The translations under genes and the position numbers were made by a program. Under the pieces are notes generated by a model. The model ran no database searches, was not told the origin of the DNA, and was given only the letters and a program-made list of their open reading frames with translations. A stretch of DNA of 64,000 bases, taken from Mobula hypostoma (taxonomy: Eukaryota). Numbering within the stretch: position 1 is the stretch's first letter; each line of letters opens with the position of its first letter. Below are positions 62,671 to 64,000 of this stretch, piece by piece. The stretch is taken from positions 72,852,001 to 72,916,000 of the forward strand of contig NC_086108.1 of assembly GCF_963921235.1 (NCBI RefSeq), written 5' to 3'.

Positions 62671-64000
62671 CAGCATTATTAATGTACTACTTTTTGTCAT
62701 TCCAGGAAATTCAGACTTTATGCCTCGGAATGAATCCTATCAATGTTATATCCAGTCATTAACTTCCTCCATTTAGTAACTCTTTATTCCATTTTGTAAC
62801 TTCATGTGCCTGTAAACATAATGGTAACTGTAAATTACTTGCATCAACCACTAGTGGTGGCATGGTGTTTGCATGTTCTAGCTGCTTAACATAATACAGA
62901 GATACCAAAAGGCTCCAGCCAAATTCTGTTATTCATTTAAAAATATCTGTAAATTTCAAGGTATTATACAAATGGTGGAAAGAATATCTTGAAAAAGGAG
63001 TCAGATGCTCCAGCCTTACACCCTGTCACCACCTCCCTCCTCTGAACAAAGGATCTGTTCATTATATGCTGCCCATTGGGAAACACTATAATTACTATAA
63101 TTACTCTAAAAAAACTTGGGTTGTCAGTAATTTCTGAAAGTAAGGTTGATAAAACGGTGTAATACATTTTTGTAATAAACTCCAGCTTCCTGTTCAGAAA
63201 TTGGGGATCAGCAATAGTTATTTCCACTGATTATGTGAATTTTGTCTCCGAAAGTGGTTATTGTAGTTTCTTCTACAGCATAAAACATTTTGTGGAATTG
63301 ATTAGTTGGTGGATTTGTTCCAGCAATGCTGACCTTCAGTCAACTTTCACAGCCCTTCGACACCATCATTGATCCTGCACTCACTTTATTCTGCTTTGGT
63401 TATGATGACTACATTTCTCTCCAAATATGATTGATGCCAAGATCAATACAGACCAAGCTTGGAGGCAATGAGTGTTATGTCTTGGTAATATAATGCTCCA
63501 GACAATTGATTAACTGGATTCTGGATCTGGTCATATGAATTAGGAGTTTTATGAATGGCTTGCTGCTTTCTTGGTTTTCCTATAACTGAGATTTGCTGGT
63601 GTGGCATTCTTGTAAAAATGGGCACTTCATACAAATTATACTATCATGAATAAATGGAAGTTCATGGACCTTAATAGACATCATAACAAATGAATTGTTC
63701 AATGCTAATCCTTCCTACCATTTTGTAAAGATTTTGGTTTAGTTTTTTTTTGAAAATCTCTATTTTCTACTGAATCAGAAATATTCTAGTTTGCATTTAC
63801 TAATGAGTGCTATTACATACTTGGGTAGATGCCCCCCCCCAACTCCCTCGATGATTTAGGCTCCCCTCAATGCCTCACAAATTCATACAGGCCCTCACAG
63901 ATTTTTAGTCTGTGCTGATGTGGCTAATCACAGCCAGGGGAGCAATTTAAATTAAAAATAATAGATTAACTTTCTGGCATTTATATGTAGTTTCAACTTG

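Overview
Eukaryotic, AT-rich non-coding DNA (intergenic or inside a very large intron). The repeat content points to a cartilaginous fish, probably a ray; this is inferred from CR1-dominated LINEs, HE1/V-SINE-like and SacSINE1/Deu-like SINEs and Penelope pLTR fragments. I could not support any host protein-coding exon, RNA gene or CRISPR array. Roughly half the window is decayed, often nested transposable elements: CR1, Rex1/Babar, L2, RTE, Vingi and Nimb/I LINEs, Penelope-like elements (PLEs), Tc1, Tigger/pogo and hAT DNA transposons, and tRNA-derived SINEs. Every ORF in the track whose product I could recognise is a TE remnant. The most notable observations are: (1) tiny PLE-derived insertions with degenerate hammerhead-ribozyme motifs, ~14-bp TSDs and fold-back arms; (2) a 45-bp inverted templated insertion copied from ~600 bp away; (3) a Tigger4/Zombi-like transposon and a young Vingi LINE, both horizontal-transfer candidates; (4) a three-level nested TE stack; (5) tandem repeats born inside LINEs. 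I found no evidence of a wholly new multi-gene system. Family names come from recalled consensus motifs, not database searches, and boundaries of old elements are approximate.
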